From: an uncultured bacterium
GTDB lineage: Bacteria; Hydrogenedentota; Hydrogenedentia; Hydrogenedentales; JAEUWI01
NCBI GenBank assembly: GCA_963977445.1
Contig: CAXBPH010000066.1
Coordinates: 1 to 28,639, forward strand
Direction of reading: 5' to 3'
Length of the DNA stretch: 28,639 bases
Shown here: positions 26,103 to 28,639 of the stretch, piece after piece
How the letters are laid out: the number at the start of each line of letters is the position of its first letter
How positions within the stretch are numbered: position 1 is the first letter of the stretch
The notes under the pieces: model-generated
Told to the model about the DNA's origin: nothing
The model's input: the letters and a program-made list of their open reading frames with translations, nothing else
Databases searched by the model: none
Made by a program: the position numbers and the translations under genes

Positions 26103-26525
26103 CTATTGTTGTAATATATCCATGGCGCGCTGTTTCATCTGGCGCCCGGACGTAATCACCGCGATGTTGGCCTCATAGGCCCGCTGTGCGGAAATAAGAT
26201 TCACCATTTCCACCGCCATGTTTACGTTGGGGTATTCCACAATGCCGTCTTCATTGGCATCGGGATGGTGGGGGTCATACACCTGACGGAGGGGGGAGGT
26301 GTCGCGATCTACTCGTTTCACCATCACGCCCAACTGCTCGGGGTTCGTCCCATGCTTGATTTCTTCACCGCGAAGTATCACCACCTGGCGGCGGAATGCA
26401 CCGCCTTCGGGGGTGCGGGTGGTCTCGGCATTGGCGATGTTGTTCGCGATGATGTTCATTCGCGCCCGCTGTGCCTTGAGCCCGCTCACGGCAATGTCAC
26501 GGGCGGAGATTTTATCGATATTCAT
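26103..26525 (-). CDS. flgC: Flagellar rod protein FlgC
   Basis: SGLKAQRARMNIIANNIANAETTR, YDPHHPDA, PNVN...EM..LI.AQRAYEAN. Confidence 0.97.
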   Translation of the reverse strand: MNIDKISARDIAVSGLKAQRARMNIIANNIANAETTRTPEGGAFRRQVVILRGEEIKHGTNPEQLGVMVKRVDRDTSPLRQVYDPHHPDANEDGIVEYPNVNMAVEMVNLISAQRAYEANIAVITSGRQMKQRAMDILQQ

Positions 26526-26534
26526 CGTTTGCTC

Positions 26535-26933
26535 CTACCGTGCCAAGCTGCTTAACATGGCTTTGGTCATTTCAAATTTTTTGCTGAGTAACCGTGCGTA
26601 AGTGGAATACTCACCCGTGTTTTGAGCTAATTTGCTCATTTGATCATCTATGTCAACTTTATTGTAGTCATTCTTTGACAAAAATGCAAGACGATCGAAT
26701 TCCGTGCGGTAGGTTGTATGATCGAAGTGACGGGGTCGGGTCGTGCGGAGGGCGACTGCGCCCCGGCCTTCAACCATGGTATGGAGGGTTTCCTGGAAGT
26801 TGAGCTCGCTGGGGGTAAAATTGGGCGTATCCACGTTGGCGATATTATTGGCCAGATACCGGTGATTCTGTTCCCGGACTTTCATGGCCTGCACCAGCAG
26901 GTTCGTCGTATCTACACCAGCAAAAGGAGTCAT
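26535..26933 (-). CDS. flgB: Flagellar rod protein FlgB
   Basis: ANNIANVDTPNF, NDYNKVDIDDQM. ATG 26933 after AAGGAAGG; the ORF track's upstream extension would cover the promoter. Confidence 0.95.
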   Translation of the reverse strand: MTPFAGVDTTNLLVQAMKVREQNHRYLANNIANVDTPNFTPSELNFQETLHTMVEGRGAVALRTTRPRHFDHTTYRTEFDRLAFLSKNDYNKVDIDDQMSKLAQNTGEYSTYARLLSKKFEMTKAMLSSLAR

Positions 26934-26970
26934 GGTTGGCCTTCCTTGTTCTCTACATCCAGTCGGTAAA

Positions 26971-26986
26971 TGCAAGTATCGTGCCA
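26971..26986 (-). promoter_or_regulatory. sigma54 (RpoN) -24/-12 promoter of the flgB operon
   Basis: Minus strand TGGCAC-GATAC-TTGCA, an exact consensus, 37 nt upstream of the flgB ATG. Confidence 0.9.
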
Positions 26987-27210
26987 CCGGATGTAGTGCC
27001 AGATATGGGGGTTTTAGCCGTTTCCATGGGGAAGAACGGGAGGAAAGGGGCAAAAGTTGCCGGGATCCCGGTCCATTCTGCCGGTATCGGGTGATCGGGC
27101 TATTCCACCGCCCACAGGCCATTTGCAATTCCCCAAGGGGCCCCGTAGACTCGTGATGTTCTTGTGACATGCCACTGATTCACCTGTTTTTACCAACAAG
27201 GCTTCACCCT

Positions 27211-28482
27211 ATGCTCATGACACGTCTGACCCTACTCCTTGCCCTTATAGCGACGCCTCTGATCGCCGGGGCCTGGGAGACCCACACCGTCCGCTTGCTC
27301 AACGGGGCAAAATCCGACATCGCCGTGCCCGCAAAACTCCAGATTGTTAGCGAGCCCTGGAACCGGGTGGTCGCCGTGCCCTATATCGTCTATATGCCCG
27401 AAAAAAAACGGGTCCTTATGCTCGTGAGCTGTGATTACCCCCACCACCCCGAAACCCTCTTCAGCGACGACGACGGCACCACCTGGTCGGCACCACGCGC
27501 CGTCATCTCCGCCAAAGACGACACACCGGTCCCCGGGTTAGCAACCGCGTTGACCTATCAGGGAGACGGTCGGGTCATCTTCCTTGCCGGGACGACCCGC
27601 TGGGTAAGTAGCGACTTTGGGGTGACCTGGAATCCCCTTTCGGAGATCGCAAAGACCGTCGATGACCATCCCTGGTATAGCTGGGATCCGATATGGGTGG
27701 ACCGAGCCCAGATATCTGGAGACCTATTGGGGCTCATTGAAACGGGCTATACCGTTATCACGCCGGACGATGGGACGAAGCACTACAGCCAGGGCTACAT
27801 CCGATTCAGCGACGATCAGGGGGCCACGTGGAGCGAAAGCACACGAATTCCACAATGGAAAGGGGTAAATGAAGTCGCTTTGATCCGCATCGCCGATGGC
27901 ACGCTCATGGGGGCCTACCGCACCGACATCCCGAAGCAAAAAGAAGGAGAATGGATCGACCACTACGAAGGACTGGGCCTCACCTTCTCCAAGGACAAAG
28001 GAAAAACCTGGATAAAGAACGAGCCCCTCTATGATTATGGACGCCACCATCCGTCAACCATACTGCTCCCCAGCGGACGCTTGGTTATGACCTACGTCGT
28101 TCGCAAGGGTTACACGGACACCGCCGAGGGCTTTCCCCAGTTTGGCATTGAGGCCATTGTCAGCGACGACAACGGTCAGTCCTGGGACCTCGACCACCGC
28201 TATATCCTCCATAGCTGGCACGGCGACCGCACGGACGAGAACAAATGGTGGACCAGCTCCCAGGCCACGTCCACCGTGCTCCTGCCCGATGGGGATTTCC
28301 TTACGGCTTTTGGTACCGGTTATCGCAGCAAAGAGACCGAAACACCCAATAAGCCGGGCCCCCGGGATGCGGGCCTGATCCGCTGGCGATTGAGTGATGC
28401 CCCGCTGGACGGTACCTCGACCATTACGGACGCACCGTTCGAGTCGGTGCTGCGCAATGAGTTCGACCCCGCGCCGAAGTAG
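27211..28482 (+). CDS. Secreted BNR/Asp-box beta-propeller protein (sialidase-fold glycosidase-like)
   Basis: Signal peptide M(LM)TRLTLLLALIATPLIAGA; five Asp boxes SDDDGTTW, SSDFGVTW, SDDQGATW, SKDKGKTW, SDDNGQSW. Confidence 0.88.
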   Translation: MLMTRLTLLLALIATPLIAGAWETHTVRLLNGAKSDIAVPAKLQIVSEPWNRVVAVPYIVYMPEKKRVLMLVSCDYPHHPETLFSDDDGTTWSAPRAVISAKDDTPVPGLATALTYQGDGRVIFLAGTTRWVSSDFGVTWNPLSEIAKTVDDHPWYSWDPIWVDRAQISGDLLGLIETGYTVITPDDGTKHYSQGYIRFSDDQGATWSESTRIPQWKGVNEVALIRIADGTLMGAYRTDIPKQKEGEWIDHYEGLGLTFSKDKGKTWIKNEPLYDYGRHHPSTILLPSGRLVMTYVVRKGYTDTAEGFPQFGIEAIVSDDNGQSWDLDHRYILHSWHGDRTDENKWWTSSQATSTVLLPDGDFLTAFGTGYRSKETETPNKPGPRDAGLIRWRLSDAPLDGTSTITDAPFESVLRNEFDPAPK

Positions 28483-28620
28483 GGAGAGAGAATTTTGGGA
28501 CTGTCTCAGCCCAGCGCATTTAGTTAGGGAGGTTGACGAAAAACGAAGGGGTGATTGTTGTCGGGCATTGGTGTTTTTGGTGGCTGTGACTGTTAGCATG
28601 CATAGATGCGTGTTGGTTTG

Positions 28621-28639
28621 AAGGAGGTAGAATGATGGG
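28621..28639 (+). other. Strong RBS and start of the next gene, truncated by the window edge
   Basis: AAGGAGGT (28621-28628) followed by ATG ATG at 28632 and 28635. Confidence 0.55.

Noticed and set aside
26934..27170. 79-aa N-terminal extension of FlgB in the ORF track
   Set aside because: It covers the sigma54 promoter and RBS; the real start is ATG 26933. Similar over-extensions were trimmed for the EF-hand gene, galK, fliO, fliP and fliK.

Overview
Bacterial chromosomal window. It is GC-rich and likely from a diderm; the mix of PEP-CTERM, secreted EF-hand and Asp-box proteins and a sigma54 flagellar cluster suggests a Hydrogenedentota/PVC-like lineage (inference only). The left ~11.3 kb holds repeat elements, a secreted 8xEF-hand protein, a GALK2-like GHMP sugar kinase, a Zn-finger/duplicated-domain/TPR protein, a dGTPase coupled to a purine nucleoside phosphorylase, an amrB(Memo)-amrA(AMMECR1) pair with no radical SAM gene, an EF-G2 paralogue and a PEP-CTERM protein. 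From 11.8 to 26.9 kb a minus-strand flagellar cluster (flgB flgC fliE // fliF fliG fliH fliI fliJ motE-like fliK flgD flgE motA motB fliL fliN fliO fliP) follows a consensus sigma54 promoter, encodes a predicted Na+-type stator, lacks fliM and ends at fliP. The right end has a secreted BNR/Asp-box beta-propeller and the first codons of a further gene. I see no CRISPR array, RNA gene or intact transposase, and no unequivocally new system. The best leads are the Zn-finger/TPR + dGTPase + PNP block, the apparently exported Memo protein, and dyads containing sigma54-like elements in the flagellar spacers.
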